Assembly: GCA_035480775.1 (NCBI GenBank)
Contig: DATIHK010000077.1
Coordinates: forward strand, 1-33,494
Reading direction: 5' to 3'
From: Candidatus Saccharimonadales bacterium
GTDB taxonomy: Bacteria; Patescibacteriota; WWE3; UBA101185; UBA10185
DNA length: 33,494 nucleotides
The notes under the pieces were generated by a model. It ran no database searches. It had not been told where the DNA came from and saw only the letters and a list, made by a program, of their open reading frames with translations. The translations under genes were made by a program, and so were the position numbers. Below, in pieces: positions 8,384 through 16,512 of the stretch. Each line of letters starts with the position of its first letter. The stretch's first letter is position 1.

Positions 8384-9523
8384 ATGGCCGAAGATTTAGA
8401 TCCAAATAAATTTCATATATTCTCACCTGCTCAAAGAAAAAAGATTGCAATTACGACAATGCTATTACTGTTAGTTTTGATCCCGGTTTTAGGATTTGTT
8501 TATTATAATTTTGCTATCAATCGTCCGGCTCAAAATGATAAGAGAATTACTGTTAAAATCGAAAAAGGTTTGGGTGTTAGTGGAATTTCAAAGCAACTAA
8601 GAGATCAAAATTTGATTAATTCCGAATTTTTATTTAGTTTTTACGTCGTTTCAAATCATCTTCAAAATAGTATTCAAGCAGGAGTTTACACAATTCCAGC
8701 AGGAACATCGATTGTAAAGTTAACAGATCTGCTTCAGCATGGTACAGATGATATTCGAATCACTTTTTTGGATGGTTGGAGAGTTGAAGAATATGCCCGT
8801 GAAGCAGTCAAGAAATTTAACAATATTGATTATGAGCAATTTATAAAGTTGGCAAAAAATGATGAAGGATATTTATATCCCGATACATATTTTTTTAACA
8901 GTGATGCCAGCGAAAAAGATCTAGTTCAAAAACTGCAAGAAAATTTTACGCTTCATACAAAAAATGTTTTAACCGAATCTCAACTTCAGAAAATGGGTTT
9001 AACTATGAATGACGCTATAACTTTAGCATCCATAGTCGAGCGCGAAGTTGCAAATGACAATGATCGACCCATTGTAGCCGGAATTCTCTTAAAACGCCTA
9101 AAAGCTGGAGCTTTATTAGGCGCTGACGCTACTACTCAATACTCGGTTGCTCTAATAGCTTTTTGCGCACCCGGGCTTCCACTAAATTGTTTTGATGGTT
9201 CTAAAGACTGCAATCTGCCAAATGATATTCGTCAATGTCTTGAAAAATATGGTAATACAGATTCTCAAAGAATATTATCTATAAATTGGTGGCCTCAAAG
9301 TATATCTCAAGAAGAAATACAATTTAATAGTCCTTACAACACAAGAGTAGTTGCGGGTCTTCCGCCAGCTCCAATTTCTAATCCTGGTATTGGGGCTATT
9401 AATGCTGTAATTAACGCAAAAGTAACTGACTACAATTTTTATCTCACAGATTCGCACGGAGTTACACATTACGCGAAGACCCTTGAAGAACATAATCGTA
9501 ATGCTGCTATATATCTGAAATAG
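8384..9523 (+). CDS. mltG: Endolytic transglycosylase MltG (YceG family)
   Basis: N-terminal TM; EGYLYPDTY, LASIVEREV, SPYNTR...GLPPAPISNPG, HYAKTLEEH. Confidence 0.94.
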   Translation: MAEDLDPNKFHIFSPAQRKKIAITTMLLLLVLIPVLGFVYYNFAINRPAQNDKRITVKIEKGLGVSGISKQLRDQNLINSEFLFSFYVVSNHLQNSIQAGVYTIPAGTSIVKLTDLLQHGTDDIRITFLDGWRVEEYAREAVKKFNNIDYEQFIKLAKNDEGYLYPDTYFFNSDASEKDLVQKLQENFTLHTKNVLTESQLQKMGLTMNDAITLASIVEREVANDNDRPIVAGILLKRLKAGALLGADATTQYSVALIAFCAPGLPLNCFDGSKDCNLPNDIRQCLEKYGNTDSQRILSINWWPQSISQEEIQFNSPYNTRVVAGLPPAPISNPGIGAINAVINAKVTDYNFYLTDSHGVTHYAKTLEEHNRNAAIYLK

Positions 9524-9932
9524 AACGTTCTAATAATTCTTTGGTAACTTTAATACCGTATTTATCCAAAAAGTCTGCGGATACAAGCACTTCTGCATTG
9601 CATTTAGCAGCTAGACAAATTCCGTCATTTAAATTAAGAGTAATATGACGAGTCGCGGTTGAACTTACTATTTTTAAAGTTGCTTTAAGTAGATTGGCTT
9701 CTTCAGCAATTATTATTTGAGTTACATTTATTTCTAAAGATCTAAAGCTTTCGACAATAAAATCTAAGTAAGTAGAGTTGCTATAAGTCACAGTTATTGG
9801 TAAAACAACTTTCTCTTTACGGTAAAAAAAGTACAAAGTATGCTCATTTTCATTAGGAATGGCAGCAATTAATGAAACAGCTTTAAGTTCTTTTGCATGT
9901 ATTAAGCTTGTAACTGTATAATGTGAGAGCAT
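9507..9932 (-). CDS. Divergent DUF151/bifunctional-nuclease-like protein
   Basis: VLPI, TYLDFI, and LNDGICLAAK.NAEVLV resembling RPSDAIALA..P; key motif residues eroded; start uncertain. Confidence 0.5.
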   Translation of the reverse strand: MLSHYTVTSLIHAKELKAVSLIAAIPNENEHTLYFFYRKEKVVLPITVTYSNSTYLDFIVESFRSLEINVTQIIIAEEANLLKATLKIVSSTATRHITLNLNDGICLAAKCNAEVLVSADFLDKYGIKVTKELLERSISDI

Positions 9933-10367
9933 ATGTTTAACCTGCTAATTAATCTCTATAACAAACTTGAACAAATAAAAGGCAGAAAGTTAGTTATTCT
10001 TTTGCTAGTAATTTTTATAATTTTTTTAGCTTTTGGTTTAAGCTTTGGTTACATTACACAAATATTATTAAATAAAACTGAACAAACAAAATTTGTTTCT
10101 ACGTCAACTGGGCAACAAATAGTGGCTAGATCTTTTGACGGTTTAGTTACGTACGTAAATCCAAATCAATATCCAGCTGATAATGTTACTTATGCGCTAG
10201 TAGATGCAAATGGTAAAGTTGTGATTTTATTGCGTAGTAGAGATCAAAAATTAGTGGTATCAGAAGGACATAATGTACGAGTAAAAGGTATAGTAGAAAA
10301 AAGTGCAGATGGTACAAAGGATATTTTAAATGTTGATGAGGTAATTATAAAAAATGGTGCTAATTAG
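9933..10367 (+). CDS. Membrane-anchored hypothetical protein (possible OB-like beta domain)
   Basis: One TM helix, then a beta-rich region (EGHNVRVKG.V). Confidence 0.7.
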   Translation: MFNLLINLYNKLEQIKGRKLVILLLVIFIIFLAFGLSFGYITQILLNKTEQTKFVSTSTGQQIVARSFDGLVTYVNPNQYPADNVTYALVDANGKVVILLRSRDQKLVVSEGHNVRVKGIVEKSADGTKDILNVDEVIIKNGAN

Positions 10368-10423
10368 CGCACCTTTTGCATACAAAATGACGTTGCACGT
10401 CTTTTGTATGCTTCGAATACAAA

Positions 10424-11110
10424 ATGGCGCAAATTGATTTTAAAAACATCACAAAAGAATACGAAGTCTCCAAAAAAGCATTAGATGATGTAACTTTTTC
10501 TATCGACGATGGAGATTTTGTATTTTTGGTTGGTCCATCGGGAGCTGGCAAATCAACTTTAATTAAAATGTTAATTCGAGAAGAATTGCCTTCCTCAGGT
10601 GAAATATTATTTTATGGCGACAGTATTTTTGGAATTCAACGCGACCAGATTTCTAATCTACGTAGAAGAATAGGAGTTGTATTTCAAGATTTTAAGCTGC
10701 TAGACTCTAAAAATGTTTTTGAAAATGTCGCTGTAGCTTTAGATGTTGTTAATAGTCCGAGAGAAGTTGTAAACAATGTCGTCCCAAATGTTTTGGGTAT
10801 GGTTAATTTATTGAGTAAAAAAAATAATTTTCCTGCGCAACTTTCTGGTGGTGAAAAACAGCGTGTTGCTATAGCTCGAGCGTTGGCCCACGAGCCCGAC
10901 GTGTTAATTGCCGATGAACCAACCGGAAATATCGATCCCCAAGCATGTGAAGAAATAATACAAATATTAGAAAAAGTTAATTCATTAGGGACGACTATAA
11001 TTATGGCGACCCACGATCAAGAAATCGTAGATAAATTAAAAAAACGAGTAGTCAGATTAGAAGACGGTAAAATGGTATCAGATAAAAAAGGAGGTAAATA
11101 TCGTGCTTGA
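10424..11110 (+). CDS. ftsE: Cell division ABC ATPase FtsE
   Basis: GPSGAGKST, LRRRIGVVFQDFKLL, LSGGEKQR, ADEPTGNID. Confidence 0.95.
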   Translation: MAQIDFKNITKEYEVSKKALDDVTFSIDDGDFVFLVGPSGAGKSTLIKMLIREELPSSGEILFYGDSIFGIQRDQISNLRRRIGVVFQDFKLLDSKNVFENVAVALDVVNSPREVVNNVVPNVLGMVNLLSKKNNFPAQLSGGEKQRVAIARALAHEPDVLIADEPTGNIDPQACEEIIQILEKVNSLGTTIIMATHDQEIVDKLKKRVVRLEDGKMVSDKKGGKYRA

Positions 11111-11981
11111 AATGTGGAAAGACTTAAAAATTAATTTACAACGCGAACGCTTATTGGCGATTACTAATATAATTGTTATGACACTGACCTTTTTATTTTT
11201 ATCTATGTTTGTGTATGTCGTCGCTATTTCACAAACTGCTTTAAAGCAGCTTGAAGATCAAGCTCAAATTACGGTTTTTTTTAAAGATGATTTTCCTGAA
11301 AGCAAGATCTTAGATTTACAGAAAAATTTACAAAGTGACCCGCGAGTTGCTCAAACAGTTTACGTTTCAAAAGCTGAAGCTTTCAAAATTTTTACAGAAA
11401 TTCATAAAGACGAGCCCATTTTATTAAAAGCAGCTTCGCCTACTATACTTCCTGCGAGTCTTGAAATTAAAGCCAAAGATCTTGCAAAACTTTCGGTACT
11501 TGCAGATGAATTTGGCAAAAAAGATGGAGTTGAAGAAGTAAAATTTTACCGAGACGTAATAGAACGCTTTAGATATTGGGGAAATATAATATACGCCGTT
11601 GGATTTGTTTTGACAGCATTGTTTTTGATAATTTCGTATTCGATAGTTTTAGTAACTCTTAGATTAACAATAAATGCCAAAGGTACCGAATTAGAAATTC
11701 TAAAATTAGTCGGTGCTACAGATACTTATGTAAAGGCTCCATTGTTATTCGAAGGCACATTTTTTGGAATTGTATCGGCTGTAATTGCTTCGGTTATTGT
11801 TGTGTTGGCTACAACAGTAATAAAAGCGACTCATCTTTTTGGTGGAAGTGTCGCATTTGGCTTTGTTAGATTTGATTTTATGTTATTTGCGATATTGCTT
11901 TGCGTAATTCTATTAATATCTGGAACTCTGCTTGGCTATTTCGGCAGCTCAGTAGCTGTCAAAAAATATTTAAAGTACTAA
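11103..11981 (+). CDS. ftsX: Cell division permease FtsX
   Basis: Four TM helices and an extracellular loop; YVSKAEA, LPASLEI, ELEILKLVGAT..YVKAP. Confidence 0.93.
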   Translation: MLEMWKDLKINLQRERLLAITNIIVMTLTFLFLSMFVYVVAISQTALKQLEDQAQITVFFKDDFPESKILDLQKNLQSDPRVAQTVYVSKAEAFKIFTEIHKDEPILLKAASPTILPASLEIKAKDLAKLSVLADEFGKKDGVEEVKFYRDVIERFRYWGNIIYAVGFVLTALFLIISYSIVLVTLRLTINAKGTELEILKLVGATDTYVKAPLLFEGTFFGIVSAVIASVIVVLATTVIKATHLFGGSVAFGFVRFDFMLFAILLCVILLISGTLLGYFGSSVAVKKYLKY

Positions 11982-11984
11982 TCC

Positions 11985-13220
11985 ATGAGAATAAAAAACC
12001 TACTATTAATTTCTTTAATAGCTGCCGTTTCTATGTCCATTTTGAGCGTCACAGTTTACGCTGACTCAAAGTGTACTTCCGAAGAAGACTGCAATAAACA
12101 AATAGACCAATTACAAAAAAAGGTTATTACTTTGCAAGGAAAAGCTGATAGTTTATCTAGCGAAATAGCAGCCTTTGATAATCAAATTGCTTTAGCACAA
12201 CTTAGAATACAAAATTCTTTACGTAACATAGCGGCTAAAGAAATTGAAATAGCTAACCTAGAACAAGATATAGCAAATATTAGTACCCGCATTGATAAAC
12301 TACAAAATTCTATTGCTTATCAGCAAAATGTTTTTGATCAACGAGTTCGAGCTCAATATAAAACTAGAGAAACCTCACCCATAATTATTTTATTCGGATC
12401 CAATACATTAAATACTCTTGTTAAAAAAGAACAATATTTAAATGTAATGGAACTAGAAGATCAGCGTTTGCTAACTCAAATGAATGCTACAAAAGCTAGC
12501 TACACCCAACAAAAGCAAGTTTTTCAAGATACAAAAGCAAAAACAGAAGCACTAAAAGCACAATTAGTAGCCGAAGAAAGAAATCTAGAATCGTATAAAG
12601 CCAATCTAAATGATCAACAAGACGCTAAACAACGACTGTTGGATGCTACTCAAAATGATCAAGCTAAATACCAAAAATTGCTCGATCAGGCCCAAGCCCA
12701 GCTAAATTCATTTACAAGCTTTGTTACTTCAGCGGGAGGTGGCGTAATTAGTGCAAATGGTTTTGGAAGTGGAAAACTGGGGTGGTATATGTCTCAGCGC
12801 GATGAAAGATGGGCCAGCAGTCACATTGGCAATTCGAGCCAGAATATTTTTAATGTCGGTTGTCTGGTTACAAGTATTGCAATGGTTTACAAACACTATG
12901 GATCAAATGTGACTCCGCAGAGCATTGCAAATCAAACATCTAGATTTTTTGGCAACACAGCTTTAATGTTGATACCTTGGTCAGGACCTGGCGGTCGTTC
13001 GTATACTTCAATTTCGGTAAGCCAAATTAATAGCGAATTAGATAGCGGACGCCCAGTAATTGTGGGTATTTATTATGGAACATTTGGAACACACTTTGTT
13101 GTTTTATCAAGTCGCTCAGGAAGCGACTGGATTACTTACGATCCGTATTACGGCCCGGATCAAAAATTTTCAAGCCGTTATAGCAAAAACTCTATCTTCC
13201 AAGCTGTAGTATTTAAGTAA
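11985..13220 (+). CDS. Secreted coiled-coil protein with a C-terminal peptidase C39-like (papain-fold) domain
   Basis: Signal peptide, about 220 aa heptad region, SQRDERW..GCLVTSIAM..HFVVL..YDP. Confidence 0.8.
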   Translation: MRIKNLLLISLIAAVSMSILSVTVYADSKCTSEEDCNKQIDQLQKKVITLQGKADSLSSEIAAFDNQIALAQLRIQNSLRNIAAKEIEIANLEQDIANISTRIDKLQNSIAYQQNVFDQRVRAQYKTRETSPIIILFGSNTLNTLVKKEQYLNVMELEDQRLLTQMNATKASYTQQKQVFQDTKAKTEALKAQLVAEERNLESYKANLNDQQDAKQRLLDATQNDQAKYQKLLDQAQAQLNSFTSFVTSAGGGVISANGFGSGKLGWYMSQRDERWASSHIGNSSQNIFNVGCLVTSIAMVYKHYGSNVTPQSIANQTSRFFGNTALMLIPWSGPGGRSYTSISVSQINSELDSGRPVIVGIYYGTFGTHFVVLSSRSGSDWITYDPYYGPDQKFSSRYSKNSIFQAVVFK

Positions 13221-13251
13221 TTTTTAATTTTTCCAATTTATATTTATTCAT

Positions 13252-13875
13252 ATGACTTTTATACGCCTTTCAATCTTTACCGTTGTTTTAATATGCTTTT
13301 CTGTTTTTACACTTGCTGACAGTTACTATTTTATTTATTCGATACAAAATCCTTTGTCTTCTGATGGAGTCGTGCAAGTATATTTTGATTACACTTTGTC
13401 TGGAGCGGCAGAAAAAGATTTTGTTATTCGTCCAATTGCCTCGTCTGGAATTGCAAAAATCTACAATGACTCTATACAAACCTGGATTGATTCAACAGAT
13501 TTATGGTCAAAAATGCCGCTGTTGGCAAAACAAGAAAAAATTTCTATTCAAGGATTGTCTTCAAATTCTGCAGATTTATACTTTTTAATTCAATATACAA
13601 AAACTGGAATTGTATATAAAACTCCCAGCAAAAAAATTTGGTCTAACGCCTCTATAAAAAATTACCCGCAAATGTTGAATGCAAATTTATTTAAACCGAC
13701 AGAGGTTGTATCTGAAGAATCCTCGGAAACCATTCCAAATGCTTTATCAATACAATCGACTCCGTCTGCCAATTCCAACGGTAATAATAACAATATAGCA
13801 CTGATTGTATTTGCCGTAGTTACAGCATTAACTGGTGCTTATATGCTAAAATATTTGCATGTTAAAAATCGTTAA
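13252..13875 (+). CDS. Hypothetical protein with a signal peptide and a C-terminal TM anchor
   Basis: Hydrophobic N- and C-termini; in line with the operon. Confidence 0.7.
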   Translation: MTFIRLSIFTVVLICFSVFTLADSYYFIYSIQNPLSSDGVVQVYFDYTLSGAAEKDFVIRPIASSGIAKIYNDSIQTWIDSTDLWSKMPLLAKQEKISIQGLSSNSADLYFLIQYTKTGIVYKTPSKKIWSNASIKNYPQMLNANLFKPTEVVSEESSETIPNALSIQSTPSANSNGNNNNIALIVFAVVTALTGAYMLKYLHVKNR

Positions 13876-14215
13876 ATGGGCACCTTCAATTATATTATGT
13901 GGATTTATATTTTATTGGTCATCAGTGCCAGGTGCCGAAATTAATTCGCTACAACTTGGAGATGAAACCCTGCATAGGGTAGTTCACTATTCGTTGTTTT
14001 TTTTGCTTTGCTTGTTTTTTTATATTCCTACCAAAAGTTTTAAAAAAGCTGTATTATTGACAATCGCTTACGCATTTAGCGACGAATTTCATCAAAGATA
14101 TGTTCCGCGTAGGTCGTCTAGCTTAGAAGATATTTATGTTGATACGTTTGGCGCTTTAAGCGCTGCAATATTATGGAGTACATTTCAAACTCTCTACAAA
14201 AAACTCAAGAGATAG
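13859..14215 (+). CDS. VanZ-family membrane protein
   Basis: IFYWSS, YAFSDEFHQRYVPRRSSSLEDIYVD. Confidence 0.88.
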   Translation: MLKIVKWAPSIILCGFIFYWSSVPGAEINSLQLGDETLHRVVHYSLFFLLCLFFYIPTKSFKKAVLLTIAYAFSDEFHQRYVPRRSSSLEDIYVDTFGALSAAILWSTFQTLYKKLKR

Positions 14216-14604
14216 CTCTAGACATTGCCCGAAAATTAAAATCTGGAGATGTCTTAGCTCTTTCTGGCGATTTAGGTTCGGGTAAAACTACTTTTGTAGG
14301 ATTTTTGGTGGATGCGCTGCAGTCTCATTCGCGCACGCAAAGTCCAACTTTTGTAATTTTGCGAAAATACACCGCAAATTTAAATGGCATTAAAAATGTT
14401 AACCACTTAGATTTGTATCGTTTACAGTCACAGCAAGAAATAGACGATTTAGGTTTGGTAGAGTTGTTTACTGAAAAAAACACCGTAAGTTTGATAGAAT
14501 GGCCTGACTTTGCTGAAAAATATTTGCCCGCAAATACAATTCGAATTAAGTTTGAGTACGTGGATGAATCCACCAGAAAGATGAATGTTCAAAATTTATA
14601 TTGA
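14173..14604 (+). CDS. tsaE: t6A biosynthesis ATPase TsaE
   Basis: GDLGSGKTTF, SPTF, HLDLYRL, LIEWP. Confidence 0.95.
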   Translation: MEYISNSLQKTQEIALDIARKLKSGDVLALSGDLGSGKTTFVGFLVDALQSHSRTQSPTFVILRKYTANLNGIKNVNHLDLYRLQSQQEIDDLGLVELFTEKNTVSLIEWPDFAEKYLPANTIRIKFEYVDESTRKMNVQNLY

Positions 14605-14899
14605 TACAACTGATAGATATAAAAAGTTTGTAAAGCTATTCGATGGCGAAAAAGAAGTCGCTGAAAAAAGTGGAGATATTGATGTTGTTTCAGCAATTCA
14701 GCAACTATTAACAGAAAATAATTTAACTCCAGATCAAGTTGAATACGATGTTAATAAAGGTCCTGGTTCATTTACTGGAATTAAAATGGGAGTTACTGTC
14801 GCCAATGTTTTGAACTGGGCAACTGGTAAAAAACAAATTGACGAACTGATACAACCAGAATACGGAAGAGAGCCAAATATTACTTTGCGAACGAAGTGA
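14585..14899 (+). CDS. tsaB: Half-length TsaB-like protein
   Basis: IDTT start, GPGSFTGIKMGVTVAN, P.YGREPNIT end; only 104 aa; follows tsaE. Confidence 0.8.
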   Translation: MFKIYIDTTDRYKKFVKLFDGEKEVAEKSGDIDVVSAIQQLLTENNLTPDQVEYDVNKGPGSFTGIKMGVTVANVLNWATGKKQIDELIQPEYGREPNITLRTK

Positions 14900-14931
14900 G
14901 TAAAGAGCGTTAAACGCTACTTTAAAGAAAT

Positions 14932-14980
14932 AAAAAACGCGCCGCCAAAGAGTATAAATTACCTCATATGGTGGCGCGTT
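14932..14980 (-). terminator. Long 3' hairpin + U-tail of unit 2
   Basis: Sense strand: aacgcgccacca...tggcggcgcgtt-ttttattt. Confidence 0.75.
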
Positions 14981-15009
14981 CCTCAAATAATCTGCCGAGT
15001 TGGAGCTTG

Positions 15010-15213
15010 TTAGTCGGATTCAGCCAACCAGGCAATCAATTTCTCGCCGGTCAGTGTACCTTTGTGTTCGTCCATAGCCTTCATAACGTTGAGAGCAAGC
15101 TGCTGGGTTTCCGCAAAGGTAAGTATGCGGGGTTTGGGTCGGGCGGTGTGCTTTCCCAGCAGAATTGCACCCACGACAACCAGAACTACTGCGACAAATC
15201 CCAAATAAGGCAT
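15010..15213 (-). CDS. Orphan 67-aa single-TM protein (unit 2)
   Basis: GC-richer than flanks; SD GAGGAGG 8 nt upstream; TGtTATAAT at 15274-15266; own 3' hairpin. Confidence 0.72.
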   Translation of the reverse strand: MPYLGFVAVVLVVVGAILLGKHTARPKPRILTFAETQQLALNVMKAMDEHKGTLTGEKLIAWLAESD

Positions 15214-15332
15214 TGTAGGAGCCTCCTCAGGCTATGTTACGGATAATCGAATCAAATTTAACGAAATTATAACACATGTATACCCTATAGTCTAGCGGAT
15301 AAAGAGAGCAAATTTTGTGATATTATGGTTTC

Positions 15333-15395
15333 GAGGGGACGCGAGTTGGCTGCGAAAAATCTGACTTTGTGTTCCCCTCAATAAATTTCCATTTT
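15333..15395 (+). ncRNA. Candidate small hairpin RNA
   Basis: Extended -10 TGaTATTAT (15318-15326), then gaggggacgcgagttgg...ctgactttgtgttcccctc, which pairs with G-U wobbles on the + strand; no ORF. Confidence 0.35.
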
Positions 15396-15402
15396 TAAAA
15401 TT

Positions 15403-15456
15403 AAAAACTCTGCCAGAAGACACATGTATGGGCTAGTTACACATGTCTCCTGACAG
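15403..15456 (-). terminator. 18-bp 3' hairpin + U-tail of unit 3
   Basis: Sense strand ctgtcaggagacatgtgt/acatgtgtcttctggcag: 14 Watson-Crick and 4 G-U pairs, no mismatch, then agttttt. Confidence 0.75.
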
Positions 15457-15524
15457 TTTTACGAAATCAAACGCTCATTTGGCTGCGATACCTGACTTGT
15501 GCGTTTGAAAACGTAACTTGTAGC

Positions 15525-16286
15525 TTAGAGCACGATGATGCTGCTGGTGTATTCTTCCGCCGTCATGCCGTTCAAGGCGAGGTACACCTTGGCGACATAT
15601 TCCTTGCGGAAGATCTTCCAGTCGTAACCGACGCCGCCGGTGCTGGTCTTGGCGCCCATCGAGAGAACGGTGCTGGCGTTGTGAATGAACCGCGCGTTTT
15701 TCAGTCGGCGTTTCCACTGAATGTTTTCTTCAGTCTCTTCGCCACCGCCGGTCTGACTCTTGTCCTTGGCATCTTTGGCAATCGTCCCGTCGTCCTTCAC
15801 GATTTTCAGATCGGGCAGAACGCCGTTGTTGACGTAGTCGGGCAGGATCGGCGCGTTCAGCAGGGCTTCGAGAGTTTCGACCTTGCCGGTGTTGTAGCCG
15901 AACTTGCCCGGACCTTCGCCGTTGTTGAGCTGCGTAGCGATTTGCCACGAGTAAACGAGGGCGTGGTACCGGCCCAGGGCCTTGAGCGCCTCGAGCACAT
16001 GCTGGTCTTGCAGGCCGACGCCGGGGCTCATAAAGATCGAGGGCATTCCCAGGGTGGCTGCAAACTGCCGCATCAGGTTGACGGGCTCGTCGAACTTGTT
16101 CATGTCGGCGGTGATGACGTCGGCGCCGTAAGCCTTGGCTTTGTCGATGCTCTGATCGCCGGCATTGGTGCCGAGGATGTAGTGCACATTGAAGGAAGGC
16201 AACGCGGCGCGCATCTGATCCATAAAGCTGACGGGATCAGCGGACTGGCCGTACATGCGGAAGCGGAGGGAAATGTTCTGGGTCAT
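15525..16286 (-). CDS. GC-rich uncharacterised protein (unit 3), homolog of 16513-17292
   Basis: About 60% GC by eye; SD AAGGAGA; promoter TTGACA-18-TACAAT (16428-16399); shares motifs with the neighbour. Confidence 0.82.
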   Translation of the reverse strand: MTQNISLRFRMYGQSADPVSFMDQMRAALPSFNVHYILGTNAGDQSIDKAKAYGADVITADMNKFDEPVNLMRQFAATLGMPSIFMSPGVGLQDQHVLEALKALGRYHALVYSWQIATQLNNGEGPGKFGYNTGKVETLEALLNAPILPDYVNNGVLPDLKIVKDDGTIAKDAKDKSQTGGGEETEENIQWKRRLKNARFIHNASTVLSMGAKTSTGGVGYDWKIFRKEYVAKVYLALNGMTAEEYTSSIIVL

Positions 16287-16512
16287 TGCAGTGTCTCCTT
16301 GGTTACTAGTTGTTTCCGGTTGTGTTGTGGCTATAACAAAAGGCTTTGCCCAAAGCCTTTGACTCCTACAAATCTGCTATAGCCTAATTGCTTGATGCAT
16401 TGTAAAACAACTATAGCAATTCTGTCAAGTTATAGGTTATTAAAATAATATGGTAATCAAATCAATATGTTGTCATAGCAACAAATAGTGGGATTTGGGA
16501 TAATTTGGAAGG

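Noticed and set aside
15333-15379. Hairpin read as SRP RNA or tRNA
   Set aside because: No SRP domain IV motif and no cloverleaf or T-loop.
16339-16360. Inverted repeat aaaggctttg-cc-caaagccttt in the unit-3 leader read as a riboswitch
   Set aside because: A single hairpin with no recognisable aptamer; it could be an attenuator or operator, but the sequence alone does not support a call.
15475-16382. 233-aa + strand ORF and alternative-frame ORFs over unit 3
   Set aside because: Shadow frames expected in GC-rich DNA; the 253-aa frame has an SD, a promoter and a homolog next door.
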